Virus record (IMG/VR): IMGVR_UViG_3300037067_005096
Span: 32,001-96,000 of that record
Length of the DNA: 64,000 nt
Source of the DNA: a virus
Lineage: Duplodnaviria > Caudoviricetes
Reading direction: 5' to 3' (one strand)
Of the stretch, positions 39,694-49,148 are shown in pieces; within the stretch, counting starts at the first letter, position 1; each line of letters opens with the position of its first letter. The position numbers were made by a program, and so were the translations under genes. The notes beneath the pieces are model-generated. The model made no database searches. It saw only the letters and a list, made by a program, of their open reading frames with translations, and was not told the origin of the DNA.

Positions 39694-40314
39694 CTACTTA
39701 ATCGTGAACGTCTCTTCTCCACCCGGATAGAAGAAGAGTCCGGTCTTGTCCTGTTTGTCAACAGTGAGCTTGGCCCGGAGAGCCGCTGGTATGGCACTCT
39801 TGAGCACCGATGTAGTCGTCTTAATAGCTTCTGCCAGCTTGTTCTTCTTGCAGAAAGCAACGGCTTTGTCGTTGTCAACGATGTCAACTCTGGCTCTCGT
39901 CGTACCAAAACTAAGCTCCAAGAATGAGACTTTGAGAGTCTTAGTTTTCTTGCCGTCCAGAGCCTTCTTAGCATAGTCACGCATCATAGGAGTATAGAAC
40001 TCGTCAAGATACTTGACAAATCGCTCTAAGTGCCTAATCTGCGGGTCGAATTGCTTGTCGAGCTTAGCCGACCATTCGGCTTTCTCAGTGCGTAGTCCCT
40101 GGAGTTTGGCATTTGCCTTCATACGCCGCATACCGACCCAATCAATGATGTCGATTATGTCCAGGTCTTCGTCTGGGGCATCCTCGATACCAAGTATTTC
40201 GCCGGTTTCGGTATTGATGGTAGCTAAGGTGAAGTCGTCTGTTATCAGTACAACTTCTGGTGATGTTTCTTCCCCCTCACCGTCTACCACAATGTCTTCA
40301 TTATCAGTAGTCAT
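39694..40314 (-). CDS. Mu Gam-like host-nuclease inhibitor
   Basis: Coiled coil followed by KTKTLKV.F.ELSF..T...K..VLKSAI...ETFTIK. Confidence 0.65.
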   Translation of the reverse strand: MTTDNEDIVVDGEGEETSPEVVLITDDFTLATINTETGEILGIEDAPDEDLDIIDIIDWVGMRRMKANAKLQGLRTEKAEWSAKLDKQFDPQIRHLERFVKYLDEFYTPMMRDYAKKALDGKKTKTLKVSFLELSFGTTRARVDIVDNDKAVAFCKKNKLAEAIKTTTSVLKSAIPAALRAKLTVDKQDKTGLFFYPGGEETFTIK

Positions 40315-40333
40315 TAGATATTGTTCCCTCCTT

Positions 40334-40885
40334 TCACTTAGCTTGTGAGCCTAGTAGCACAGCAACCAGTCCCTCTAAGTAGTCTATACCATCATCCAAT
40401 GTGGGCAGAATCCGAGTGGATGCTGACCGGACAAATGGATGACGGATTACATACGGATTGTCTGCAACTACCACAAGTAGCTTTCTGTTGGCATAGCTGA
40501 TGCCAAGTTCAGAGAGTGTGCCAATGTGAGGGTAGCCGCCCGCCATAGTGCCTTTGTGAACTTCATTACCAACCGGCGTTGTTACGTTCAGTTGGTATTC
40601 CACTGTTTTGTCTGTCAGTGGAATCAGATTCATGAAGATGATGTCTGACCGCACTATACTCGCAAAGTCGTGGTGAAGCACCGAGTTTGGTTCAGGATGA
40701 AACTGTCCAAACAGCTTTGGCTCACAACCCGCTGTGACAATCTTACCATCCATTGGGTTACGAATCAGCACATCAGAACCGTACTGTTCCATCCGTTGGG
40801 TGACAACGGTGCGCCAGGTTCGGTCATAATCTTCCTCTTCCGGCGTAACACGCATTGCTCCCGCCAAATATATGCCTACTTGCAT
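40334..40885 (-). CDS. nucleoside 2-deoxyribosyltransferase-like protein
   Basis: IYLAGAM..WR..NP..D..SDIIF..GTLSELG. Confidence 0.8.
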   Translation of the reverse strand: MQVGIYLAGAMRVTPEEEDYDRTWRTVVTQRMEQYGSDVLIRNPMDGKIVTAGCEPKLFGQFHPEPNSVLHHDFASIVRSDIIFMNLIPLTDKTVEYQLNVTTPVGNEVHKGTMAGGYPHIGTLSELGISYANRKLLVVVADNPYVIRHPFVRSASTRILPTLDDGIDYLEGLVAVLLGSQAK

Positions 40886-40899
40886 GAAGGTCGCCTCCT

Positions 40900-41490
40900 T
40901 TACGTCTGTAGGACTTCCAGGTCTTTTGCTGTCCCCTTGAAGTAGTTGGTGTCCACGTTTCCGGCGATACCAGACATCTTACCTTTGTCATTGTACTGCC
41001 AGAAACCCCAATCAGGCCAGCCTGCTATAGATGGCTCTTTCACACGATAGTGAGCAATCCACAGCATATAGTCGCTGAAATGCTTCCACAGCCGCACCCG
41101 CTTGGCAAACGATGAATACGTGTAGATGATGGGCTTTTGCCCAGTGTGCTGCTCCACGTAGTCCAACCACTTTCGCACTTTCAGGAGAATCAGCGATTGT
41201 GACACTCCTCCAGTCTTCTCTATATCGAGAACTGGGGGCAGCTTTGGCCCTGGAACAGCCATATATACCTCACAGAAGTGCTTAGCCTGGATGCCAGCAT
41301 CCTGTGCTGGGTCGAAGAAATGATAGGCTCCAACAGGAATGTTGTTAGCCTGCGCACCCGCCCAGTTGGTTTTGAATGTCGGGTCAACGTACTTCTCCCC
41401 ATCTGTAGCTTTGAGGAACGCAAAAGCCGTCTTGACCTTCTTCCAGTTGATTTTCCCTTGCCAATGCGAAACGTCGATACCCTTAATCAC
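40900..41490 (-). CDS. GH25 muramidase (endolysin candidate)
   Basis: GIDVSHWQG, KATDG, GAYHF, LDIE, LWIAHY, FWQY, VDTN. Confidence 0.92.
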   Translation of the reverse strand: MIKGIDVSHWQGKINWKKVKTAFAFLKATDGEKYVDPTFKTNWAGAQANNIPVGAYHFFDPAQDAGIQAKHFCEVYMAVPGPKLPPVLDIEKTGGVSQSLILLKVRKWLDYVEQHTGQKPIIYTYSSFAKRVRLWKHFSDYMLWIAHYRVKEPSIAGWPDWGFWQYNDKGKMSGIAGNVDTNYFKGTAKDLEVLQT

Positions 41491-41774
41491 TTTTTTCTCT
41501 CCTGTGGTTTCTTCTTATGTCCAATGTGGAAATGCCCACAAAAGGAACATCGGTACGTTGTCATCTTGTCTCCGAATGTCCGTTCATACCTATCCCTGGC
41601 TAAACGAGCCTCCTTTCGGCTCATATACTTTCTCTTGCGTCCACACTCATGAAACCATCGACTGTTCTTATTCGAGGTCGTCGGTGTTGGTGAGGACGTT
41701 GATGGCGTTGTCGATTGGGAATGCGCCGGGGGAAAGGACATCTTTGACTTGTTCTTTGGGAATCCATCCTTCAA
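41487..41774 (-). CDS. small Cys/His zinc-finger protein (start uncertain)
   Basis: C..K.KY.S...A...YRCSFCGHFHIGH. Confidence 0.45.
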   Translation of the reverse strand: MKDGFPKNKSKMSFPPAHSQSTTPSTSSPTPTTSNKNSRWFHECGRKRKYMSRKEARLARDRYERTFGDKMTTYRCSFCGHFHIGHKKKPQERKK

Positions 41775-41934
41775 AGTCTGCTCCTTTCACACTGAGTGAC
41801 TGCCCATCCGGTGCAACTGCTACAACCTCAGCATTCACTCGCCATCTGGTTCCGGGCACTTCGATGATGACACCACCACCAACCTGTACCTCTTTCTGGA
41901 CTACACCGTCACCCTTTGCTGTATCTATCAGCAT
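41668..41934 (-). CDS. hypothetical protein
   Basis: Start MLIDTAK with GGAG RBS. Confidence 0.5.
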   Translation of the reverse strand: MLIDTAKGDGVVQKEVQVGGGVIIEVPGTRWRVNAEVVAVAPDGQSLSVKGADFEGWIPKEQVKDVLSPGAFPIDNAINVLTNTDDLE

Positions 41935-42287
41935 TATACTCCACCTCCAGAAGGAACCAGGATAATCTGTGTATCGTCTATATGGGCAACATTGAGAACC
42001 ATGCACCCATCCTCTTCTTGCTTGTCAGCAGGGAACAAACGAATGAGTTTTCCCTGCTCCACCGGCCCCGTAGAATCGGCATCGTTAAGACCGAGCCGGA
42101 TATAGCCCTGGTTGTTGATTGTCTGCTCTATTTCGTCCATCTTGACCGGAATAGTGATGATAACCTCTTGCAACTCCGGGTTCTCCAACTCTGCTGTTGC
42201 CAAACGTACCACCTCTTTCAGAGCATCCATATCACGCTCCAAGTAGTACTTCTGCATTTGAGCAGCGATGTCGTTAAACAGTTTCAT
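41934..42287 (-). CDS. hypothetical protein
   Basis: ORF in operon context. Confidence 0.55.
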   Translation of the reverse strand: MKLFNDIAAQMQKYYLERDMDALKEVVRLATAELENPELQEVIITIPVKMDEIEQTINNQGYIRLGLNDADSTGPVEQGKLIRLFPADKQEEDGCMVLNVAHIDDTQIILVPSGGGV

Positions 42288-42582
42288 TTGGGGCCTCTCC
42301 TAGTGTTTTCAATTGTGCCAACAGCGCAGCCGGGAAAACCATTCGTGGTTTGGCTTTGTGCTGTGTCCAAGCCGTATGTAGTTCAGTGTCCATGAGTTCA
42401 TCGAGTATAACATCCGGCTCGTCCATGCCTAGAATGAGAAGAACCCGCCCTTCAATAACTTCAGAATCTTCCCACCCTGGAGCCGTTAACAACAACTCTT
42501 CGGTAGGAGTTCCGAGGTCTTGTGTGAGTGTTACGTGCTTCTCACCTTCTGCATTCTTTTGGACGATGACACGAGCTATCAT
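42274..42582 (-). CDS. hypothetical protein
   Basis: ATGA-coupled ORF. Confidence 0.55.
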   Translation of the reverse strand: MIARVIVQKNAEGEKHVTLTQDLGTPTEELLLTAPGWEDSEVIEGRVLLILGMDEPDVILDELMDTELHTAWTQHKAKPRMVFPAALLAQLKTLGEAPNETV

Positions 42583-43286
42583 ACTCGTAAGTCCTCAACA
42601 GAGCGGGTCTCTCGAATGTCGATGTCAACCGTGCCCTGTTCAGCGGTAGCTTCAGCCTCTTCAATTTCTGCAGTCAAATATGGCCGCAATGAATCTGAAA
42701 GACTGAAGAGTGCGCTAACATCTTCGACACCGTGGTTGATGCTGATATGCTTCAACAGTGTGATGTAGTCCTCGACCTTGCCCTTTATCAGCACGGGATA
42801 CTTGGACATATCGTAGACTAGCGGAGGAGCATACTGAGTTCCCCGCAGCTTCGGAAATAGCTGATGGAATTCAATTGCTGCAGCCTGCTTATCATACCGG
42901 GCTACTTTATCCCAGTCAATCGGGCCGAGAGGTTCCTGCGGGACATTGAAGCGTTGGTAGATTACGTCTAAGACGTGTGCTTCCAACTGTCGGAACTGGT
43001 CTGCCATCACAGTATGCTTGAGCGGCCATACCATATCTCCTACATAGGCTTCGGCTGCATCGTGCAGTAAAAGTGCCAATGAGAATGGTACTTCGGTCTG
43101 GCCCTTTACGTCCTGTACGTAAAGCATGTATGCCAAGCCCGTATGTGATAGAACATCCCACGGCACGGGGGAATGACCCCCGAAACGGTTTATGTGATGC
43201 AAAGCCCAAGCAATATCATAAGCCCGAATATCTTCAGGTCGGATAGCTTCGACTTTGACCACTAAGTCATTGGCCGTGTTGAGCAT
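42579..43286 (-). CDS. HD-domain 5'-deoxynucleotidase (YfdR-like)
   Basis: DIAWALHHINRFGGH..VLSH..ALLLHDAAEAYVGD; start trimmed to MLNTAN. Confidence 0.85.
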   Translation of the reverse strand: MLNTANDLVVKVEAIRPEDIRAYDIAWALHHINRFGGHSPVPWDVLSHTGLAYMLYVQDVKGQTEVPFSLALLLHDAAEAYVGDMVWPLKHTVMADQFRQLEAHVLDVIYQRFNVPQEPLGPIDWDKVARYDKQAAAIEFHQLFPKLRGTQYAPPLVYDMSKYPVLIKGKVEDYITLLKHISINHGVEDVSALFSLSDSLRPYLTAEIEEAEATAEQGTVDIDIRETRSVEDLRV

Positions 43287-43287
43287 C

Positions 43288-43722
43288 TTATTGCCTCCCT
43301 GTGCTACCAAACCGACCTTCTCCACGTTCTGAGTCGGGTAGGGATTCGGTTTGGGTAAATGTTGCTTGAGCATAAGGACTAACGATGAACTGTGCAACCT
43401 TATCGCCCTTGCGAACTGCAAACGTCTGATTCCCGTGGTTGATGAGGATAACGAAGATTTCTCCCCGGTAACCATTATCAATCGTGCCAGGGCTGTTCAA
43501 CACATGAACTCCGTGCTTTGCAGCCAAGCCCGATTTTGACCTCACCTGCCCTTCGTATCCTTGTGGCAAGCACACCTTTACACCAGTCTTGACCGGGTAG
43601 TAATCACCAGGTCTGATGTCTACATCTTCACTGGCATACAGGTCTGCTCCCGAATCGGTCGAGTGGGCATATTGAGGTAGTTTGGCTTCTGGGTCGAGCT
43701 TCGCAAATACAATCATACTCAT
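43288..43722 (-). CDS. dut: trimeric dUTPase
   Basis: SGADL, RSKSG, GTIDNGYRGE, RGEGRFGSTG. Confidence 0.95.
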   Translation of the reverse strand: MSMIVFAKLDPEAKLPQYAHSTDSGADLYASEDVDIRPGDYYPVKTGVKVCLPQGYEGQVRSKSGLAAKHGVHVLNSPGTIDNGYRGEIFVILINHGNQTFAVRKGDKVAQFIVSPYAQATFTQTESLPDSERGEGRFGSTGRQ

Positions 43723-43725
43723 CTT

Positions 43726-43884
43726 CTACTGGGTAGCCCGCTGAGCGGTATCTTCACCCTCAGTCGTGACTTCGACGCTTTGGACGCTTCCTGCAACTGA
43801 CCGGCGAAAGTCTTCAGCATCTTTCTGATTATCAAAAGACTTGACTTCTTCGCCATTAACGGTAACTACATACTTCTGCGCCAT
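43726..43884 (-). CDS. small hypothetical protein (52 aa, not in ORF track)
   Basis: AAGGAGG RBS; MAQKYVVTVNGEEVKSFDNQKDAEDF...ATQ*. Confidence 0.65.
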   Translation of the reverse strand: MAQKYVVTVNGEEVKSFDNQKDAEDFRRSVAGSVQSVEVTTEGEDTAQRATQ

Positions 43885-43919
43885 TCGTCTTTGCCTCCTT
43901 GTTAGTCATTCATTCAAAT

Positions 43920-44265
43920 TGGTGGAGGTGAGGGGAATCGAACCCCTGTCCTAAGAGTCAATCAAATAGGCTTCTACGGACGTAGCTGCTTGTCTTCTTC
44001 CCCTGATTCAGCTAAAGCAGCAACCCAGTGTTCAGGTATGTCAACCACTCGAAGAACACACAATGCCGCTTCTATGCGGCCAATAGAAGCTCCCGCTCTT
44101 CAACAACTTCCTCAACCGGGAGCAGTCCGTCAATCTGACGGATTATCGTAGCACTGACTTTTTCACTGTTCGCTTTTCTTGTTTGGTCGATGATTTAAGA
44201 GGCCAACGACCGTCCTCTGTCCGCTACCTATTCACTTGTCCCCTCAGTCGAAACCTTTCACCCCC
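43920..44265 (-). ncRNA. ssrA: tmRNA
   Basis: 5' GGGGGTGAAAGGTTTCGAC and 3' GACAGGGGTTCGATTCCCCTCACCTCCACCA; tag ORF 44072-44173 ANSEKVSATIIRQIDGLLPVEEVVEERELLLAA*. Confidence 0.93.
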
Positions 44266-44357
44266 AAGATTGTTTGTGTGCCAGCCGGGTAAACTGGCAC
44301 ACACTGCCAATAAACGCGAACACAGCTTACGCACCCGCTGCGTCTTTTCACATCCTC

Positions 44358-44404
44358 AGTATACCATAGGTGATGGAGCTTCGCAACCTGGTAATTCTAC
44401 TGGT
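44358..44404 (-). promoter_or_regulatory. palindrome plus promoter of tmRNA
   Basis: ACCAGTA-GAAT-TACCAGG-TTGCGA-N17-TATACT. Confidence 0.75.
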
Positions 44405-45377
44405 TTTCTCCACCGACTATGATACGAGTCCCATGATAATCAAACACGAATGGAAGCTCTTGCAAACCAAGTGATTGTCGAACAGCTTTCTGCTTCTCCA
44501 AAGGACACGAAACCAGGAAGAAACCTCCTCCACCCGCTCCTGTTATTTTACCACCTCTGGCTCCCGATTGCATGGCTTTCTCGTACAATTCGTCTATCTT
44601 GTGTGTGCTGATTCCAGAAGCTAATTGTTTCTTCATCTCCCAGTTTGTCTGTAACGCACAACCAACAGTCTCCGGGACATGCTGAATAGCATCACGATAA
44701 GCCAAGCCCCGTGCCTGGTCTCGCATTTGTCGGAGCACATCCATTTTCTGGATAGTGTTTTCTGCTTGCCGGTTCAATATAGTGCTGGCTTGACGAGTGA
44801 TTCCGGTAAAGAACAGCATCAGTTCTGATTCTAGGCCAGAAAGCTGATTATCGGAGACATTCAAAGCGTGTACTTCCACCTTGTTGCTGGGAAAGAACCA
44901 AATGAACTTGACTCCGCCAACAGCACATCCATACTGGTCTTGCTTGCCCATACGCTTACCAAGAATCTCCATTTCAACATCACAGGCTTCTGCAGCCAAG
45001 TCTAGTTGAGAGAGAAACTTACCCTGGTAGGCGTAGAACGCATTGAGCAATCCAACGGTCAAAGCACTGGATGACCCCAAACCTGACCCTTCAGCCGGAA
45101 TATCTGCCATAGTACAGACTTCTATCCCCGACTCGATTCCAGTTTTCCGTAAACATTCTCGCATGATGTCATGTTCGAGGTCATCCACAGAATCGACTAT
45201 CTCTGTGCGAGAGTAGCTAATACGAATCTTATCATCGAATCGGGGCTTTGCAACCACATATACGTATTTGTTGACGGCTGCCGATAGAACACACCCAAGC
45301 TCTCTTGTATAGAACTCTGGTAAGTCTGTCCCTCCGCCAACAAAACTGATTCTGAGTGGTGTCCGGCTAACTATCAT
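44397..45377 (-). CDS. hddA: GHMP kinase, D-glycero-alpha-D-manno-heptose-7-P kinase (HddA-like)
   Basis: RTPLRISFVGGGTD, GSGLGSSS, GKQDQY, GGKITGAGGGGF. Confidence 0.85.
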   Translation of the reverse strand: MIVSRTPLRISFVGGGTDLPEFYTRELGCVLSAAVNKYVYVVAKPRFDDKIRISYSRTEIVDSVDDLEHDIMRECLRKTGIESGIEVCTMADIPAEGSGLGSSSALTVGLLNAFYAYQGKFLSQLDLAAEACDVEMEILGKRMGKQDQYGCAVGGVKFIWFFPSNKVEVHALNVSDNQLSGLESELMLFFTGITRQASTILNRQAENTIQKMDVLRQMRDQARGLAYRDAIQHVPETVGCALQTNWEMKKQLASGISTHKIDELYEKAMQSGARGGKITGAGGGGFFLVSCPLEKQKAVRQSLGLQELPFVFDYHGTRIIVGGENQ

Positions 45378-46374
45378 TGGATAACTCTGCCTCCCACCGG
45401 CGAGCTACCGACTCCCAAGAGTAGTTTTCACGCATACGAGTCATCATCTCGACTCGTTCAGCATCCAGGTCACCAGCAGCACTCATCTTGAGAGCACTGA
45501 TAAGTTCCTGTGCATAGTACTCATGACTGGTCTTGACACCATATTGCACGGTGTCTACCATACCACCTTGAATGACCACAACAGGTATAGCTCCACCTAT
45601 CTGAGCTTTCAAACTGGCTGCCGAGAATGTCTCTGGTGCGAACGTGGATGGGTAACCAAATATATCTGCTCGCAAACACTCAGCAGCTACATCTCGGTAT
45701 CCCAATTTACTCATCGGGAGTATACCCAGGGCCTCATTTGCTGGCAGCCAGAACTCCGGTTCCCACCAGAAAGCTGCCAGAGTCGCATGTGGAACCGCTG
45801 CCTTTATGTCCGGCCATATTGCACGAAGACGTTCAAGCCCTCTATGAGGATGTGAGAAGTAGAGAACTCGTCCAGAGATACGCTCTACCGGAACATCGAA
45901 CACACTGAGGTCAGTCCCCACCGGACAAATAAATATCTTATCATCTGGGATATGATGGTATAGACTTCGATGATAGCCATTAGACAACGCAAACTTGTCG
46001 ATGTGATTGAATGCACTATCTGGCCGGTCTATCTCCTCTTGGCACGGACAGTGGCAACCTACCGGTATGTCGTGACACCACAGCCACTTGTGCTTAGCCT
46101 GCTTACCGATAAGCAAGTACCAGTTACGCCAGGCTATGATGACATCGGTCGGTGGGAGCTTGTCATAGAATGCGTAGTTACGGTACTCTACTCCATTATA
46201 CCGCCCAGCCCGACTGCCGCAGTTGTTGTACACAACTACCTTATGACCGAGCTTTGCAAGTTCTCTGGATAGTAGAATCACGCATTCTTCAGACCCACCT
46301 ATGCCTTTCTCTACATCAGAGTCAACCCACGAATATGGTGGGCCTCCATTACCACACGCAATGACTATCTCCAA
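45367..46374 (-). CDS. GT-B glycosyltransferase (GT4-like)
   Basis: GIGGSEE, LWCHD, SHPHRGL, YPSTFAPETF...KAQ. Confidence 0.8.
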   Translation of the reverse strand: MEIVIACGNGGPPYSWVDSDVEKGIGGSEECVILLSRELAKLGHKVVVYNNCGSRAGRYNGVEYRNYAFYDKLPPTDVIIAWRNWYLLIGKQAKHKWLWCHDIPVGCHCPCQEEIDRPDSAFNHIDKFALSNGYHRSLYHHIPDDKIFICPVGTDLSVFDVPVERISGRVLYFSHPHRGLERLRAIWPDIKAAVPHATLAAFWWEPEFWLPANEALGILPMSKLGYRDVAAECLRADIFGYPSTFAPETFSAASLKAQIGGAIPVVVIQGGMVDTVQYGVKTSHEYYAQELISALKMSAAGDLDAERVEMMTRMRENYSWESVARRWEAELSNDS

Positions 46375-46387
46375 CTTAGTTGCCTCC

Positions 46388-46549
46388 CTATTTGGTGTAC
46401 ACCGTCGTGCCTCCGAAATGAGACACTATCCGCTTTGCCAGCTTTTTGCACTTTGGACACAATGTCAAGTTCGGTGCTTTCATAGACTGCAGCCTCTCGA
46501 ACGTGTGCCCACATTTCTTGTCCTGGCACTTATACTCATAAATCGGCAT
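46388..46549 (-). CDS. FmdB-family zinc ribbon (53 aa, not in ORF track)
   Basis: MPIYEYKCQDKKCGHTFE...CPKC...KRIVS. Confidence 0.8.
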   Translation of the reverse strand: MPIYEYKCQDKKCGHTFERLQSMKAPNLTLCPKCKKLAKRIVSHFGGTTVYTK

Positions 46550-47111
46550 CGGAAACTCCTTTCCGCATAACGAGTTCTATTGAGAACTCTCCTGGAAGTG
46601 GTTCTCCCCACGGTCGAAACTCGTAGTTCTCGTCACAGCGTTTCATATAGATAAAGTCTCTAGGAGCATTACCCAGAGCTTGATTCACCAGGTCTAAGAG
46701 TCCCCAGGTATGTGGTGGGTCACTCCTATCCGGCAGTATGAAACAGCGATGTACTACCGGATTGGCATAGTCACTTGGGTCTACCCGTAATGTTCTACTT
46801 CGCTCGAACAAGTCTCTGTGTGGAACAAAGAGTATTAGATACCCATTTGACTTGAGAAGCCTCCACCAGTTCTGGATTGCCAACACAGGGTCACTTAGAT
46901 GCTCTAAGCAATGACTGGAATACACAAAGTCATATACCCCGTGTGTTAATCCATTGACGTGAACGGCATCTCCATCACCCCAATCCCAGGTTGTTGCGCC
47001 ATCGAGCGGGTCATCACCACACCCAATATCAATGCCTCTACCTTGACAGTAAGCATCGAAAAAGCCTTCTCGTATTCTACGTTGTTTGGCCTTAGCTGTC
47101 TCTGCCATCAT
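46536..47111 (-). CDS. SAM methyltransferase (Methyltransf_11-like)
   Basis: GIDIGCG, YDFVYSSHCLEH, WWRLLKSNG. Confidence 0.85.
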   Translation of the reverse strand: MMAETAKAKQRRIREGFFDAYCQGRGIDIGCGDDPLDGATTWDWGDGDAVHVNGLTHGVYDFVYSSHCLEHLSDPVLAIQNWWRLLKSNGYLILFVPHRDLFERSRTLRVDPSDYANPVVHRCFILPDRSDPPHTWGLLDLVNQALGNAPRDFIYMKRCDENYEFRPWGEPLPGEFSIELVMRKGVSDADL

Positions 47112-47742
47112 TGCTCTCGACATAGATGACGCCCACACCAGCGTTATTCTGGTTGACATCAGCTATGTATTCTCTGGTCAGGTAACCTTCACCTTGAATC
47201 TCATTCCACAACTGTGCTGGCCCCCATTCTAGCGGGCGCAAGTCGTGAATACAGATGATTCCACCCGGTCGAACCAGAGGCCCCCAGAGCGTGAAATCAC
47301 GGTAAGCTGATGAATATTGATGGTCACCGTCGATGAATAGCCAGTCTATCTGCTCCACACCGAGAAACGCCATAACCTGCTCTACTGTAGCCGGTTCATG
47401 TGAACTGGTTTGGAAGAACCGGTATAGCACGTGGTCAGGAACCCATGAGTAGAACTGCTCAGGCGAACCAGTACAACTGGGGTCTCCAAGTGGGTCAATG
47501 GACGCTATCCTGCATCCTGGCTCTGCATTCTTCAACCAGTGCCATAGGCTTCCGCCATTGAATGTGCCAATCTCTACCACGGTTTGTGGTTTGGCAGCCC
47601 TGAACTCTTCGACCAGCTTCATCATCTCCCACGGTCTGCCAAGCGTAGTCACAGGACATTCCTGGGGATTGAAGAATGGGGTTTTCACAGTCGAGATACC
47701 CCAATCATCTCCAGTATCTCGGTTGCTTTTGTCTTTGAACAT
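47092..47742 (-). CDS. SAM methyltransferase (Methyltransf_24)
   Basis: VVEIGTFNGGS, DWLFIDGDH, GGIICIHD. Confidence 0.85.
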   Translation of the reverse strand: MFKDKSNRDTGDDWGISTVKTPFFNPQECPVTTLGRPWEMMKLVEEFRAAKPQTVVEIGTFNGGSLWHWLKNAEPGCRIASIDPLGDPSCTGSPEQFYSWVPDHVLYRFFQTSSHEPATVEQVMAFLGVEQIDWLFIDGDHQYSSAYRDFTLWGPLVRPGGIICIHDLRPLEWGPAQLWNEIQGEGYLTREYIADVNQNNAGVGVIYVESNDGRDS

Positions 47743-47751
47743 CGTTGCCTC

Positions 47752-48396
47752 CTATACGTAGACGATGCCAATACCGGCATCATTGTCGTTAGCAATAAGT
47801 TCCTGACATACAAAGCCAGCTTGTTGTATCTCTGTCCATAGCTGACAAGACCCCAGGTCTCGCGGACGAAGGTCGTGAAGCACGATAACTCCACCCGGAC
47901 TGACCAGCTTACCCCAGTTGTTGAAGTCGGCCTTCGCTGGCTCGTAGAAGTGGTTTCCATCAATAAACAGCCAGTCGATGGCTCCGTCCAAGAATTCCAA
48001 CACCTGACTGATTAGTTGGGGGTCTCTCGAATCACCGGGGAAGAATCGAAAAGCGTTGATGTTACCAACCCTAACCCACTCCCCCCATTGCTCCGGGGAA
48101 AATGCTCGCTGCTGTGCTGGGTCATAGAGTTCCGGCAAGTCCACAGAAACTATCTTGCTACCTTCGGCTGCTTGCTGTAGCCAATGATAAAGTGTTCCCC
48201 CTGAATGAGTGCCAATCTCCACAACCCGCTGAGGTTTACGCTCAGCATAGATACGGAGCAATTGGGCAAGCTCCCACGGATTCTGTTGTGCCCATACCGG
48301 ACATGTGGTTGGGTCAAACTGAGGAGTCTTTACTGTCGTCTTACCCCAGTCTCGTTCAGTGTCTCTTCCCTGCACATCATGCATACCTGTAAACAT
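47752..48396 (-). CDS. SAM methyltransferase (Methyltransf_24), paralog of the neighbour
   Basis: VVEIGTHSGGT, DWLFIDGNH, GGVIVLHD. Confidence 0.85.
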   Translation of the reverse strand: MFTGMHDVQGRDTERDWGKTTVKTPQFDPTTCPVWAQQNPWELAQLLRIYAERKPQRVVEIGTHSGGTLYHWLQQAAEGSKIVSVDLPELYDPAQQRAFSPEQWGEWVRVGNINAFRFFPGDSRDPQLISQVLEFLDGAIDWLFIDGNHFYEPAKADFNNWGKLVSPGGVIVLHDLRPRDLGSCQLWTEIQQAGFVCQELIANDNDAGIGIVYV

Positions 48397-48947
48397 TAAC
48401 ATTCCTCCCGCTTGACAATCCAAGCTACGTGTCCTCTACGATGAAAGTCTACCACACTTTGCAGTATCAGAAGCTCAAAGAACTCATCCACAGCTTTCTG
48501 AACTCCACCACATCCACCAAACCCGTAGTCATGAACTGCGAGAATACCACCCACAACTAATCGGGGAAAGAAGAACTCGATGCCGGATTTGGTAGACTCA
48601 TATATATCAGCATCGAGGAATACGAAACAAAAGGTATCCTGATTTATCTCTGGTACTTGTGCCAGACTATCAGGAAATATACCTGGCGCAAAACGCACAT
48701 TCGGAAACTCTTCCAGGCGTTTCTGCACAGCGACTAATGAGGTATCTGCGAAGTCAGTAGTGTCAAATCCGTAGTCATCAACACCAGCAACACCGAGATT
48801 TGGCATACCAGCAAATGTGTCGAACAGGTACAAAGACTTATCAGGTAACGTCTCAGCGATTGCTTGTGCCGAGTTGCCCTGATATACTCCCAGTTCTGCT
48901 ACATTGCCTGGTAACTCTTTGACCTGTAAACATAACTCTCTTGGCAT
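48396..48947 (-). CDS. TylF/MycF-family sugar O-methyltransferase
   Basis: AELGVYQG, LFDTFAG, FLDADIYES, GGILAVHDY, GVQKAVDEF. Confidence 0.88.
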   Translation of the reverse strand: MPRELCLQVKELPGNVAELGVYQGNSAQAIAETLPDKSLYLFDTFAGMPNLGVAGVDDYGFDTTDFADTSLVAVQKRLEEFPNVRFAPGIFPDSLAQVPEINQDTFCFVFLDADIYESTKSGIEFFFPRLVVGGILAVHDYGFGGCGGVQKAVDEFFELLILQSVVDFHRRGHVAWIVKREEC

Positions 48948-49129
48948 TACGAAGGTTTCTCCAGTACATTCGACAACACCTCAAGCAGACGGCGAACCTT
49001 AGCTTGCTGTGCTTGATTCTTTTCCCACAAACGCATTGTCCGAGTATTCTTGAGTCGAGCTTCCTGCTTCTCCAGGTGTTCTAGTCTGGCCTGCAACAAG
49101 GCTTGAAGTTTTCGTATAAGCATCATCAT
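48947..49129 (-). CDS. small coiled-coil hypothetical protein
   Basis: Fills the operon gap. Confidence 0.45.
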   Translation of the reverse strand: MMMLIRKLQALLQARLEHLEKQEARLKNTRTMRLWEKNQAQQAKVRRLLEVLSNVLEKPS

Positions 49130-49148
49130 TCATCCTTGTTGCCCCCGA

